A stretch of DNA of 64,000 nt. It comes from Trichoplax adhaerens. Lineage: Eukaryota; Animalia; Placozoa. The first letter of the stretch is position 1. Each line of letters starts with the position of its first letter. The stretch lies in NCBI RefSeq assembly GCF_000150275.1, contig NW_002060944.1, forward strand, positions 9,512,556-9,576,555, read 5' to 3'. Shown one piece after another: positions 15,871-30,058 of this stretch. The notes under the pieces were generated by a model. That model saw only the letters and a program-made list of their open reading frames with translations. It was not told the DNA's origin and did no database searches. Made by a program: the position numbers and the translations under genes.

Positions 15871-18800
15871 ATGAGTAATTGGTTAGGTGGTGCAATATCA
15901 GATCAAATCGACATGGACGATGATGAAGAACTTGGTAATGAATGGGGAATTTCTAGTAGTTATGTTTCCGCATCATCTAAACCTGCTAAAGCTGTTGTTA
16001 AAGAAACTAAGGTATGCAATAGGTCTACTAGTACTAGGCGATATCCCGATTTGAATAAGTAGATGCAAATTCTACATTGAATTGTGCTTGCATAAACTAA
16101 TCTTGCTACTATAATATAATATACATTTATTAACAGTGAAGTATAACTGTAGCTAAGAAGATAGTTGGCACTGGAAAATAGTGAACTAGCGCAGCATTGT
16201 ACGCATAAAAATGAGATGTGATTGTTGCACTCTTATTATGCATTCGATGTGCGTTGTGCCATGTACCGCTTGAGTTCTCATCGTAGGAAAGTTGTAGACG
16301 AACCAATGTGCTCATTCGATATCATCAACTGATGCTTTAGGGATCTCCATCAGATGATTTAATTGACTACTATTTTTGGGAATTAAAAATGATTAGGTGG
16401 TTAGCTCAGTGAATCAGCTACCCATGCGGAACGATAAGAAGTCATCGTCGTCGGATTCTGGTCCAAGTTCCAGCCGAAGTGAAAACAGTCAGAAATCAAC
16501 AGATCAGAATAACAAGAATAGTAAAGGCGGCGATCAGGATCGCAAGACAGCGATTCAAGCAATTGTAATTTTAGATTCCGATGAAGAAGTGGATGAAAAG
16601 ATTCAAGTGGTGGAGAATCTGTAGAGATAGATCGTCATCCATTATCACCTCCTTTCGGGATCACCAGCAGCGATAAAAAATCCGATCAAAAAAGACCTTC
16701 CCATCATACCAAACGTGGAGATGGAGGGATATTCGAACCTCTTAAGTTGCAATCTGATGTAGCCCACGATGAAAATACTGTTAAATTGTTTAGTGATATA
16801 GACTCTGATTCTACATTATCGGTAGAAGATAGTGAAGACTTAAAGAGCACTAAACACGAACATGTTGAAGGACACAGTAAGGAATCTCAGGATGAAATGA
16901 GCCAGACCCAAATTAAGATCAAGCCAGCCGCAGAAACAGCATTAGATCACTTGTCGATTCCTAAAGAGAACAACAACAATAATTCTAACTTGTCTCCGTT
17001 GAAAGATAAACCTGTAAGCTAACATGATGTCTTTATAGTTTCATTCGTAAAACTAGAACAGCCTTGACTTGTGTATGCTAAAATGAACTACTGACCTAGA
17101 AACAGTAGTAAAGAGATTTAATAACATTTGCGATAATATCACGAATAGTAGTCCAATACAAGTCTTAAACCAATCATAATATAAATATTGCTACTATTAT
17201 ACACACAGGTGAGCGATGTTAATCAGCAACCAAGGAAGACGGAAAGAGCCAAAAATGATCTTTCAAAGTTGTTACACAATTCCAATTCTTCAGTCCTTAA
17301 GCATGATAACAGGAGTCACAGCAACATTTATTCTACATCTAACGACAAACCTGTTAAATCGCCTATAACCCATGATAGGAATAGCGATCAAAATACAAGT
17401 TTAAGAAGCTTCAATCTTGATCATGATATACCGAGCACTTGCGCAATAGACTCTCCAGTACGATCTCGCGATGGAAAAGATGATAATTATAATTTGCCAG
17501 GAATTGATTCGATTTCAAGCTTGCCGAGTTGCTCTACCGTTATGGATAAGGTACCTGAAAATTTATTAAATTACAAGAACGACGATGTAACAGGTGCAAG
17601 GAAAATGGAAGCTTTCTCCCCATTACATTCTGAGACATCACATGGCGAATATCTAGGCATGTCTACATTAAACGGTGAGAAAGACATCGAAAATGACCCT
17701 GAAGCAAGTGAAATAAACCAACTTGATTATACTCGAAAAATGGAATCCGTAGATATGTTTGCGACGAACGCAAAGAAGGATACGCAAAAGCGTAAACGTA
17801 AAAGGATTGATAATGCTCAACCAGTACGTGATGATGATTTTAAAATTTTTATTAATTTTTATATCGTTCCTTAAAGCGTAATAATAACGTGTACAGTATT
17901 GTAGCATTGCTGTACGATAATTAATATGATAGTGTCTAAATATGACTGATAGAATGACTTAATAGCCATTTTAATCAAGACAGTAATTCAGTAATTAACA
18001 TGTCATCTATTATGACATAACTCGGTAGAACAGAATTGGATTTTAATTGTAAGTAACACCTAGAATAGTCAACTAAACGTACTAATTGAAGCTGGTGTAG
18101 GCTGCATGTGGTAATCAATCACTAACTAATGTTACATTTTTTTCATGCAGTTGTTCATTATCTTGTTTGAAGTATAATAAGTACTTTTCGGCCAGGGTAC
18201 CATCTTTAAGTAACGAAACTTATATCGTTATCTCTGCTATTAATATTATACAATATTTCAGTTATACGAACATAATGATGATAACAAGAACTCCGGCAAT
18301 ATTTTGTTATCTAGTTGACAGAGAATCGTTAAAATGGCATTCCAGTTTTGAGTGTACATGAAATTAATTTCTTTCTATAGAGTAACTCTAAGATGCAAAG
18401 ACAAGAAATAATACAGGAAAAGCGAAAGGCAAAATCTAGGAAAGAGGTATCATAATATAGTTTAGGCATTTGCAGTTATAGCAACATATTGGATACTTTC
18501 TCTTTAAAAGTAATAGTATTTTCCTTATTTTACTTTTTGTTGGAATCTACTAATTTTTTCACTACTACCATATTACTAATAATATCAGGTAGAAAAAAAG
18601 GTCGCTAAATTAAATACCATGGAACATTGCATTGAAGTAAGCCTAATATTTCGGCGTTTTCCGTTCATGAAATGTACACCCCTAGCTGACTGCTTTATTG
18701 CAACTCTTTAGCTCATGTCTGTCCAAGCGGACCGCCGTTTACTAGAAGTTGACGGTGGTGAGGAAATTTGGAATTGTCTGAAGAAAAGTAAGGCGCATTG

Positions 18801-20720
18801 TAAGATAGCCGATAATGATGTAAAAAATACTGTGTTGTGGAAATGTGAAAGTATTGGAGTTTTCGAAAATGATGACAAGGTATGCGTGTCGTTTCATGAT
18901 TTAGATGAAGGTTAATTATTTTTACCTCCTAAATTCGTACATGATTATTTATTATGCATCACTGATATGGTCTACGAATTGTTTTTACTTAAAGATATTT
19001 ATATTTCATGTTTGTATTACTATCGTTAAGATTAACTTTAGTAATCGTCTGGATGGTGAACTTTATTATAAAAATTTATTTTCACTGACTTCAGGTTAAA
19101 GTGAATCACACTGCTACAGAAACGGAAGACATCATGGTCTACATCACTTGTTTAAACTTTTTACAGAAAGTCACGAATGAATACTATGTAATGTTATGTT
19201 AAATTTCAGAAGCTGTCATTAATGCTTGACGCAGATTGCTGTTACTGTACTTATAAGTTGAAGATATTACTGCTTTATATCTAAATTTGACTCTGAGATC
19301 GTGCTTAATTATTAATTCGAACGATCATACAGAATGGAGGATGCTCGTCTGGCCTAACTGCCTTTGTAAACCGGATTAAAAGAATATGCAGGAAAAAAAC
19401 TGTCTATATTTTTGTTGATCGGATGGCATCCTGTTTTAGGTAACTCAAATGCCCAGTGTTTCAGTTATGACTTACTACCCTTTGGACTGGTGTAGTTGCT
19501 TAATATTATGGATATTTGTCAAAAATTAAACTTGATTGTATGCAGGAGCGATGGTTTGACCACTAAAAAAGAGTGGGAAAATCCCTTGAAAAGACATCAG
19601 TTGCAGTCGGTATTGCTGGATTTGTACTTTTCTACCAATACTCAGGTCTTTTTGGTAGACAACATGGAAATCGTTGGCGATATGATGGCACGCCTCATTA
19701 AGGCTGTTGCCCAGAAACCATTTAAGTACTTATACATTTTCCCTGTTCACATTTTGTTATGTTTGAAAATACTACTGTTCTATTATTTATTTTTGGCGGC
19801 ACTACTTACAAAATATTTATACTTAATTTTTTAAATGTTGGTTAAAAAGAAAATCGCGATCTCCAAATTTCGATTTTTTTGTTGAGACTGGATCGTCATC
19901 AGGAATGAAGTCTACACGAGTATGATAAATTCTATGCTACAGACCATATTTAATTGATTATTTTAATATTACTAATGATCGAGAGCATCTTTATTTCGTT
20001 TTGTATCAGTATGAAAATAGTTTATCTGACAAGATGCGTGTGCTGTTCCTATTAAATGGAGGTTCTTTGATTTACAGATATCAGAAAAGACTGATTCTGT
20101 GTCTGAAGCATGGAAGAATGCACTACTTAATGTTCATAAGCTAGGACAGAATATAGCCGAGGCTATCGTGAACGAATATAAAACACCCGGAGACTTAATT
20201 ATGGTACGTTTAAAAATTGCCTGCTATAGCACGTAAATGATTAAATGAAATTCACTTCTAATATCGTACTGATTTGATACGGAATCCGTACCGTAGACCT
20301 TAAATCGCAAAGAAAATTTCTTTTTGTATAATGGGTTATGTTTAAGTACTAGACTTTCACTTGACTATGACTAGGCATATAGATCTAATGCTGAAGATTG
20401 CAATCAACTTTTAGCTAATATCAAGGTATTGATGTTCATTACATATTATGCAAACCTAGACTGGTTTACCTAACTTAATCCAATTGTATATTCTTTCAAA
20501 GTTGCACGAAGGTGCAGTTGGTAATTGTAATGTACAGTGATTAAGGAGATGCGATTGATAATTATACATTATAAGAAACTACTTGACGGGATTGATATAC
20601 GTATATAAACTATAGGCTCGTCGCGGAGTTGCAGGATCTAGTGAGCGCCGTATCGGACCAGCATTGTCTAGAAATATTCATAAAATTTTCACTTCGAGTC
20701 AACCTTTAGACGAAATTTAA
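15871..20720 (+). CDS. EME1: Crossover junction endonuclease EME1/EME2 (MUS81 partner), ~13 exons; 1-nt frameshift at ~16596-16599 in exon 2
   Basis: Long low-complexity N-terminal exons (15871-16011, 16397-17013, 17209-17823) are followed by a degenerate ERCC4 region (LMSVQADRRLLEVDGGEEIW...; LQSVLLDLYFSTNTQVFLVDNMEIVGDMMARLIKAVAQKPFK). Then come HhH2 (EAWKNALLNVHKLGQNIAEAIVNEYKTPGDLIMAY...LLANIK) and the C-terminal ARRGVAGSSERRIGPALSRNIHKIFTSSQPLDEI*, typical of EME1. Confidence 0.88.
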
Positions 20721-21649
20721 GACCAACTGTAGGAATGGTATTGAAATAGTCAACTCTGTCAAGTTTAGTCTTTTACTGTTGTATCATCGATTTATTCTAT
20801 TGTAACTGACTGTTATAACATAATTTCATATTCTCCAAACTGTTATATTGTAGCTTTTAGATAATGTGATTGAAAATTATCCCAATCACCTTCATTATAT
20901 TAGTATATTTGTGTTATTGTGATAGCATGTAGTGTTATGGTTCTGACAAATGGCTTATTGGTCTTGTTATCTTTGAATTTTTTGAATATTTGGATTTGCC
21001 ATTCTAGTTGTAAATGTGTAACAAAGACTTTTTGGTTGTACAACATTACCGTACAGCTAAAGTTAGTACTGAAAATGTAAAATTCTCTCCCTTAAAATAG
21101 AATGTAAGTATTGTATTTACGAAACGATTGTTACAGAGTATTTCATAGCATAGAAGAAGCTAAATTTCAAGTTGAACTATTCCAATGACCATACGTTTAC
21201 ATCGGTAGGCATCTATAGAACGTTAATGACAGCATATGATGTTTTGATTTATATAATAATATGAATTTCGCATGCTTCTTAATTTCAATAAACTCAAAAA
21301 CTTTTTGTTCTGTAGTGATATACACGATGTATGTTTATACTACCGTATCAGCACATACATTGATCTGGTTTTGCTCAGATTAGCTCAAATCTTCTACATC
21401 TCTTATTTAAAACTATTGCATTTATTACATTTATACATACCAAAAGCAGCATCAGGTTGTACTTTATAGTTCGCAGCGAGTCATATGCATTACAGTGCAA
21501 TCATGATGATATGCTGTAAATCATGAGAAACCGTTTTAAATCGATTAATCATAATCGCTGGTACCTCTGAATAGTACTTACTCTTTAATTAATCAATCCA
21601 GAGGTACTTTAGAAACGTAATACGATGCTCATATACGCGTAAGTAAAGT

Positions 21650-24600
21650 AAGAAACGGCATTTTGCCGCTAGTCTGTTGCTCATGGCAGTATTCTTATTA
21701 GACAAGCCAAGTGTGCGTTGTTCGATTTTTTTAAGGCTCAAGCCATGCTGCACTTATCCTTGAATTACTGCAGTACATTAACATTCTTCAATACTAAGGT
21801 AATGTCACTGAAATGTTTCTTGTGACAGTACTTGCTACAAAAAAATGTTGAGAGCAATCTTCTCAATCTTTGCTGTTTCCCACAACGATGATTCGCATCG
21901 CAGCTACGATGGTGACATAATTTTGTTAGCGAACTTGATTAATGAATGCGAGTAATGGCTGAATGAGTTATTTTCAGATCGAAATTATGCCACAGCTATC
22001 TTTATTCACAAATTGTAGTGAGTACACTAAGTATACAACCACTACCAAGTTTACAGCAATGTGGTTAGGTAATTTGTATGTATGAAACTACAATAAGTAA
22101 ACCGACTACTAAATAAAACATTTCTATCACATTTGTCTTTGTGTACAAAAGCCGCACCTGATTACCATACCAAGTAAATAAACTATCTAGAGCACGTAGT
22201 ATATCATTAATATTTAAATAATTAAAATATAGTAATGATCATGTACAGTAGGTATTGATATTCACTATTCTAATTCGTTATCCGCTTCAATAAAGGCCTT
22301 CACTGTAAACGCTATCATTTATTTCTTACTAACAGAAAATACTGGAGTTAGTTAATTTCTTTTACTGCAAGTCTCTGAGAGTTAAATTGAGATCAAGTTA
22401 GAGTAGATAGTAAAGCTTTGGCCCGTTCACATGGCTGCTTAGTAGGCCCATTCATAATTATAATAATCTCCATTACTCAGATACTCAGCGTAAATAGCTT
22501 AAACGATGGTATGTTATTTTAGAAGTCTTAACCCTTTAATGTATCATCATGTAAGCTATTTACGCTAAGTATCTGAGTAATTGAGGTTATTATGAATGGG
22601 ACCTACTGTACATAGACTATGCTAGGATTAAATACGCATATTAGAAGTAAAATGGTACACAATCGGTGTCTACTGGAGTAGATTTCTCGGATTTTAATTC
22701 TCGCGTAGATGCCTTGACTTTTGATAGGCACAGTATCCTCTAACTTCTACCACTTCACGGTGGATAAGAACTATACTGTAGGCCTGTGAGTAGGGTAATT
22801 TACATTCTATTTATTTATTTATTCTCCAAACTGAATACTGCCTTGGTGCAGTTCGCGCTATATTGTACAGTAGGTAGCCACAAAATGATATCTTCTACTA
22901 AGCTAAATACTAGGCAACATGGCGATGCTGTTTGTGACACTGGCAGACAGTCTGTCTTGAGGCTTTCTCTATTTCCATACTAACTTTGTGGCAGGATCAA
23001 TTAATAACTTAGTGCTCGGTTCCAGGCATTGATTATAACCATAAACCAGGTTATCAATTCATATATTAAAGCTCAATTCCTGAGACTAATCATAACTATC
23101 TGCAACAGGGACTGAGCTAGAAAAATATATCCAATCCACTGGTATAGTGCAGTCGTGATTGTAGAATTACGATAGATACTCTCAGCAAGAATCGTTTAAA
23201 CAAATACTGTACGCAGCTCGGCATCTTTTAAATGTTCAATGTGAGTGACTGATTTGTTTAACTCGTCTTTAGTAATGAATGGCATGGCTCCATTTATAGC
23301 GTGCATTAAGTTAACATGGGCTTTCACCAGCAAATCAAATAACCAGCTATTCTCATTATGATCTAGTGGAAAAACAAGCATTAATTTATTGCTCACTGAA
23401 TAATGAGGCAAAGCAATAAAATAACAATAAGTGCCTAAGACAAGAATTGTATCCTGTTCTAATCCCAATAACTTTTTTAGGAGAAAGATACTGACCATTA
23501 ATGCGAATGAATGTATTCGCAGTATCATACCTTGCAATCACTTTTTCTTAAAGGGTTTCACTGACAGGGTGATTATATCGATAGCATGGCCATGGATAGC
23601 ACGAACGGCATAGTTACAAGTCTCTCTATTCATAACCATAATGAGGAAGGCAGAAAATTCTACGATACTTTATAAACTGCTGCGTATTCATATGATAAAT
23701 GTTTCTAACTTTGACGAAAGTCAATTTTATTGATAGATAGAAAGTTTATCGATTTGCGTTTTATAAGGGCTGATCAACTGTCAAGCGTTCGACGAGCTAC
23801 CCCTAAGGCTTGCTACCATGCTGCTATTCTATTTCTCAATTACGTCTTTCAGAACTTTGTATGTTTTATCATTTTGTTGTGGTTCTCTCGCCAGAGCTGT
23901 CGCTAGGTTATCTGATATGACTTCAAAAGAGAAGAGTTGAAAATAGCTATATACTGTAGTCAGCTGCTTTTTCAAAGTTAAATGCATCTATCGCAAGAGT
24001 TAAAAGTTCCACTTCGAGATGGATAGCTTTTAATACGCCCATTGATTATAAATATAAATAGTCATCTGGTAATGGAGTGTCATTACCTAATATCCAGATT
24101 AAAAAGTATTTCACCTCACATTGTGGCGCATATATTTCAATGTCGATCGAATGCACGTATAAGCTAAAGTCTTCGACCAAATTATTAGATCAAATCCATC
24201 TGCATTTTCATTTTTTGGTCTCGTTTCTTGATCCCTTAAGGTAAAAATATCCGAGCTAGTAGATCAAAGCAAATTAAAAATTGACGCACGATCTGGAAGT
24301 AGGCTTAAAGGTACCGAACAAAATGTAGCTTATGAAATTAATATTCATTCACTTTGTTGTTCCAAGTGAAAACATTTGATGATATTTTATTTCAATCAAG
24401 TTTATTGAATACGTAGCAGTCTTGTTTATTGTGGAAGTTGTTTTTATTTTACAATCATTTCTGAATATACAGCATTGCCTAAGAGATAATTAAATTACAA
24501 GCAAATAAATTCAATGCATGGCAATTTGGCAGTATAATGTATCGTTCATTTCAATCTGGAAGCAATTGATGACGAGAACACCATGTACGGCAAGTTGTTC

Positions 24601-24800
24601 ACATTCAGTGCGATTTCTGCTGAAATGGAACGGTATTGCTTTGAATTTCTTACATTTGTGTAGTCTCTCGTAGCCGACTGATAGCTATCTGGCGTTATTA
24701 TATCTGTCCCTGTAAGTTATTTATGAAGACATCATGGTGTGCTCTTGCCTCGATTGGCTAGCTGCAACTTTTCTTTTAGTTATTTACTCAGTAACCTAAT
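21650..24800 (-). pseudogene. Decayed coding relic of unknown family
   Basis: Includes the 113-aa ORF 23537-23196. Flanking minus-strand frames read as protein-like stretches broken by stops and frameshifts (e.g. MGVLKAIHLEVELLTLAIDAFNFEKAADYS; FEVISDNLATALAREPQQNDKTYKVLKDVIEK). No recognisable domain. Confidence 0.3.
22441..22608. mobile_element. Fold-back MITE-like element (Tc1/mariner/pogo-type CAGT...ACTG ends)
   Basis: Left arm AGTAGGCCCATTCATAAT..AATCTCCATTACTCAGATACTCAGCGTAAATAGCTTAAACGATGGTATGTTA is the near-perfect reverse complement of right arm TAATGTATCATCATGTAAGCTATTTACGCTAAGTATCTGAGTAATTGAGGTTATTATGAATGGGACCTACTG, which is followed by TA. Arms are ~70 bp with a ~20-bp loop. Confidence 0.7.
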
Positions 24801-24910
24801 GACTAGTAATCAATTTGCCTCATGACTCATCCTATTGGTCATTATAAACTTCTGGAAATGGCCGTAATTTCTTTCTATTGGATCTCAAAAATAGTTTAGA
24901 AACCGAATTC

Positions 24911-26200
24911 AACTACAACAAATTGAGCCAAGCTTGAAAATGCAATCGGCTTTATTCACTATAGAACATTAAATGAAATAAAGTTGGTTAACAAATTGAA
25001 TTTAATCCATTGAAAGGTGTTATTCAATCTTTCTTTGCAACCCAATGGACGTGTGGAATACATATCGATGTCATGCTGAAAAAATAGAATGGTATAAATT
25101 AAATCAAGCCCAAACTAGGTCAATTGTATATGTAGTTTTAGCCTAATAAACTATCTGAGGAGATATCCGTCTACGGGTAGATATATAAATATTATACGAA
25201 ATACAACTTTGATTTTTGAACCACTACAACAAATTGAACCAAGCTTGAAAATGCAATCGGTTTTATTCACTATAGAACATTAGATGAAATGAAAGTTGGT
25301 TAACAAATTGAATTTAATCCATTGAAAGGTGCTATTCAATCTTTCTTTGCAACCCAATGGACGTGTGGAATACATATCGATGTCATGCTGAAAAAATAGA
25401 ATGGTATAAATTAAATCAAGCCCAAACTAGGTCAATTGTATATGTAGTTTTAGCCTAATAAACTATCTGAGGAGATATCCGTCTACGGGTAGATATATGA
25501 ATATTATACGAAATACAACTTCGATTTTTGAACCACTACAACAAATTGAACCAAGCCTGAAAATGCAATCGGTTTTATTCACTATAGAACATTAGATGAA
25601 AGAAAGTTGGTTAACAAATTGAATTTAATCCATTGAAAGGTGTTATTCAATCTTTCTTTGCAACCCAATGGACGTGTGGAATTACTGGAATACATATCGA
25701 TGTCATGCTGAAAAAATAGAATGGTATAAATTAAATCAAGCCCAAACTAGGTCAATTGTATATGTAGTTTTAGCCTAATAAACTATCTGAGGAGATATCC
25801 TTCCACGGGTAGATATATAAATATTCGGGTAAATATTATTATATAGGAATTTCAAGGGAATACAACTTTTAATTTTTGAACCACCACAACAACTTGAACC
25901 AAGCCTCAAAATGCGATCGGTTTTATTCAATAGAGAACATGTTGGTTAACAAATTGAATTGATTGAATCCATTGGAAGATGTTATTTAATCTTTCTTTCC
26001 AACCCAATGGACATGTCTGATTGATTTTGATGGCATGCTGAAAAGATGGAATTGTCTACAGTAAGTTAAGTCAATTGTATACGTAGTTATAGGCTAATAA
26101 AGTATCTGTGGCGATATCCTTCTATGGGTAGATAGATACGAGTAAATATTCTACAGGAATTTCAACGGAATACAACTTGAATAATAATTTTGAAACCAAG
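24911..26200. repeat. Tandem array, ~311-bp unit, ~4 copies (last copy diverged)
   Basis: ACTACAACAAATTGAxCCAAGCTTGAAAATGCAATCGG recurs at ~24912, 25223, 25535 and 25883. Internal blocks such as GCAACCCAATGGACGTGTGGAAT repeat in register. Confidence 0.95.
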
Positions 26201-29200
26201 GGGTGCCATGGAAAATAATCAGACTTCAGTATATATTGATTTTGGTTAAACATGGTCAGCTGACTTAGGGAAAAGCGTAAACTATTTCTATACTGTACCC
26301 TGCATTTTTTGGCCCAACAATTTCTCACTACCGTTCTATGCAATACTGATCATTTTCTCAGCACTAGTCCGTATAGAGAGTGCTGCAAACTGTGTTCATT
26401 ACTGCGGTATTCCATTCGGCTCCACCCCCTTCAAACCGGACCAACTCGTTGTAACAATAGCGCAAGCCTGACGTCATCAAACCGGTTAATAAACAGGTAA
26501 TCAAAACATTCACTTGCACGTCTAGCTGTGACTATGCAGGAAATGCACAACATGATGCACAAGCAGGCGTCAAGCACCATACAGCGCCCCCTTCGACAGT
26601 CTACAGTACTTACTGTACAATATACTGTACTGTACGTACTGAATGCACTGTACTGTACAAAAGCATCTGTGGATCATACAGTAATTCTCCACGTCCTGTA
26701 CTGTACCGTACTGGACAGTATAGCTCGCTGACGTGAAATCTACAGTATAGTACCGTACAGTACAGGCCAAAACTAGATTGCAAAACAGGTTTACGGTTTG
26801 TTGCATGCGTTACTGTAGTAACTTGCTATTCATCATGTCATCGTTAAGCACCGCTACTGCAATTATTTTTGCTGCTAGAATAGGCAACATTGCTTAAATT
26901 AAAGAAGAGCTTCAACGTACGCTACTTTGCAAGTTTGCACGATTGCGATCCACAAGCACTGATTGCACTTCTGAATTACACCTCGCAGTCGAATGGCTGT
27001 TTTATGCAGCGCGATACTATGAAATTTCATATGGGCTAAACTGTAGTACCCTGCTGCCTATTTGTTTAATCCCTATTTCAATGAGACAGCACTATCTCAA
27101 AATGCGTCATAATCTGATACCGTGCAGCCGCCTAGGACACACTCTTTATTCTTTTAGTATACTGTACTGTAAGACTTGTTATTGTTTACATTGATATCGG
27201 CCGAAATAACAATGTCTGCATTGTAAATCAATAAGCATGCAGCAATAAAGTAATCGACTACTGTGGGAGTGGACGGATCAACAGCGACTAAACTGTATCG
27301 ACTGGCTGCAAGCTGCGCTGTACAGTACAGTACTGTATGGATGGGTACGACTGGAGTACGGATGCAATCATTTTCTTATTTGTGCATCACCATCATTTTC
27401 AATCAAGTTAACATTAATTAGGTTAAATGCAGTACCCTACTATACTGTAATGGTTGATCAATCATCATTGGCATCATTCTACTCTCCCTCCCTAACAGTG
27501 GAGCGCAAGCAGCGGGGCTACATCGACTGACAAGAGGCCCTGGGGTAGAAGAGAAATTATACTGTGACTGCGTAATCAAAGGTGTTTAACATGTTCAAGT
27601 GAATGATGATAGCGAATACTGATTGCATTCATACAGTCAAGATGGCGGATCAATTCATGAAATCGTCATTTTCTCCTGAACTGATCTACCTCATACATAG
27701 AGTGTACTGTATATTAAATTGAATCCAATGAAACAAAATGATACCTTAGTTGGCCGACTTACACTTAATGACTAGTAATTAGACGGTTGGCATGAAGAGA
27801 AAATCTTCAATTTTGATACTTTTAACAAAGGCACGTGACAAGCACCACCGCCCATCGACTACAATGCATTATTCATTCAGTATTTGTTCAATCAAAGAAA
27901 TCGCATTTGAAAACCAAGCTATTGACTACTGTAGAATTCGTCGTCCTACATCGTTTCAAGTATTTCCACTTAAATGCTAGCTAAAATGACAGATTATGAT
28001 GTGCTTACAGCATATGAATTAGCTAGCCATCATTCAGTTCATTTAAAACTGGACTGAATATCTTCCTATTTTCCTGTACTACACTGTAGCGAGGAGCATC
28101 AACATTGAATGAACAAAAGATTGGTTTGTTTGAAAATCGTTTGTCGGCGCTTGGATCATGAAGACTACAGTAGAGACCCTCTCATAGAGGGGTTACAATA
28201 CACTAATGAAGACTGATAGTGTCGCCTTGTACTGTACAGTACTGTACTGTACACTGTACACTCAGTACTGTACGGTATTACTTGTATTTGCCGTGCTACT
28301 TTATTTATTATTATTACTACGCTTCCCTATTGTTTTTATCTTTCAAATTTAAAAAACTTGTTGGACGAGCTCTTCCTGTCACTCACTTGAACGGTGAAAT
28401 TGTCCAGTAGTGTATAGTACAATACCGTACTACAGGATACAGTAGTTAAACCATACTTGATGCTTCAATCTCCAGTCCCGTACAGTGTTGTCAATAATAA
28501 CAACAACAATGATAAGTTATTGCGCAATATTACAGTACTGGATGCGATAGCAACGATATTCAAAGGCAATGACTCAAAATTTATTTACTATTTATATGCG
28601 TTTCCATCAATTAAAATTAGTCAGTTAATCATTTCAATGCGTGTACATTTCATGCAGTCTTCAATAGGCAAAAGAGAAACTTTGCAACAATTTTTCTAGT
28701 AGTCATCACTGGATCGATGATAGTTAGTCGGCATTATCCCCACCATCAGTTCAATTTGTCAGCGAGCCAGCCTGATAACTGAGTAATCTTTCTTTTATCG
28801 TAGTCATTGGTATATTGATTCGTTATCAGTTTGCACCGTCAACTGGAAAATTTTCAAGTCGACGTCGATATTGAATAATCGTTTTATAGAAAATCGGCAA
28901 TCTACTTTGGCCAAAGCACTGTAAGTTTGACTAAAGATACTGAATTATGATGAATGTTAGAACAGTAAAGATCTCTACAATAATATTCAAATAAAACTGA
29001 AACACGACACCAACCGTCAACTGTACTGATGATTACTAGTTTTGTGAATCACTTTTTACTCAAGAACATCGTTATGTTCAACGGACGCTTGATTGATTGT
29101 TGCTTAAGCGTTTAGTCATTGCATTACTCGATCTGCTTTAGTGTTTGATGTGTTGATATGCAATGTAATTTTGTCATCAATGTAGCCAAATTATTTGTTA

Positions 29201-29659
29201 GTAAGGCTAATTTACTGTAGTATCAATCCAAATGGTCAAATGGTTTTAGTCTTACGGTATCTTCACAAAGAACGTCAACGCCATCTTATCCATTTTAACA
29301 ATATCATACTACCACTTGGTGCTCAATTGGACATGGAGAATGTACGACAGTCGAGATAAAGTAACAAAACTGAAATTCACATTTTACCCTGGCCATGTTT
29401 CATATCCAGTTTAGTGTTGATCTACTGCCATCGACTACTGCCGCTACAGCAGTACTGTCATCTCAATCAGATGACCATGACTGTTGTCATCCATTTGTCG
29501 CTTCACGTTCTGCTCTATCAGTATGACTATTGGGTTTTGCCGTAATAGGTTGAAGTCGACGCTTGGCGTGTCACCCATTCCGTGCGTCACTGATGAAGTC
29601 ATTTTACATGCGTACGTCAATGTTATTGATAGTTGGAAATTAATTTACTACCCAGGAAC

Positions 29660-29875
29660 GCAACTTGACTCAGCTGAGTCAGCAGGCATGATCAGCCAAC
29701 TTTGTCAACATGGGACAAGTTGGAATAGACTGTACTCTACTGTCCATACGGACGTCAAAGTGATTGAGTGGCGCTCCCAACTACAATTTAATTGACTACC
29801 GATTGGCGATACTTTGACTCCGCTGAGTTAGCATGCATAATCAGCCAACTTTGTCAACATGGGAGAAGTTCGAAT
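29660..29875. repeat. ~65-bp direct duplication carrying a palindromic AP-1/MARE-like site
   Basis: CTTGACTCAGCTGAGTCAGCAGGCATGATCAGCCAACTTTGTCAACATGGGACAAGTT (29664) vs TTTGACTCCGCTGAGTTAGCATGCATAATCAGCCAACTTTGTCAACATGGGAGAAGTT (29813). Confidence 0.85.
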
Positions 29876-30058
29876 CCACTAGACTTACTGTACAGTGTAC
29901 AGTACTGTATACTGGAGTAAATAGGAAAATTGCATTTCAAGTTTGTGCCACAAAACCGTTATCTTGTCAGTACGGTACCGTACACTAGAGACAATGGTCG
30001 CTTACTGTTGTTCTTGATACAGTACCTTGCCTTTGTACAGTACGATACTGTAAGCTGA

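Noticed and set aside
16590-16625. Programmed ribosomal frameshift in EME1
   Set aside because: No canonical XXXYYYZ heptamer or obvious stimulator; a homopolymer error or exon skipping is simpler.
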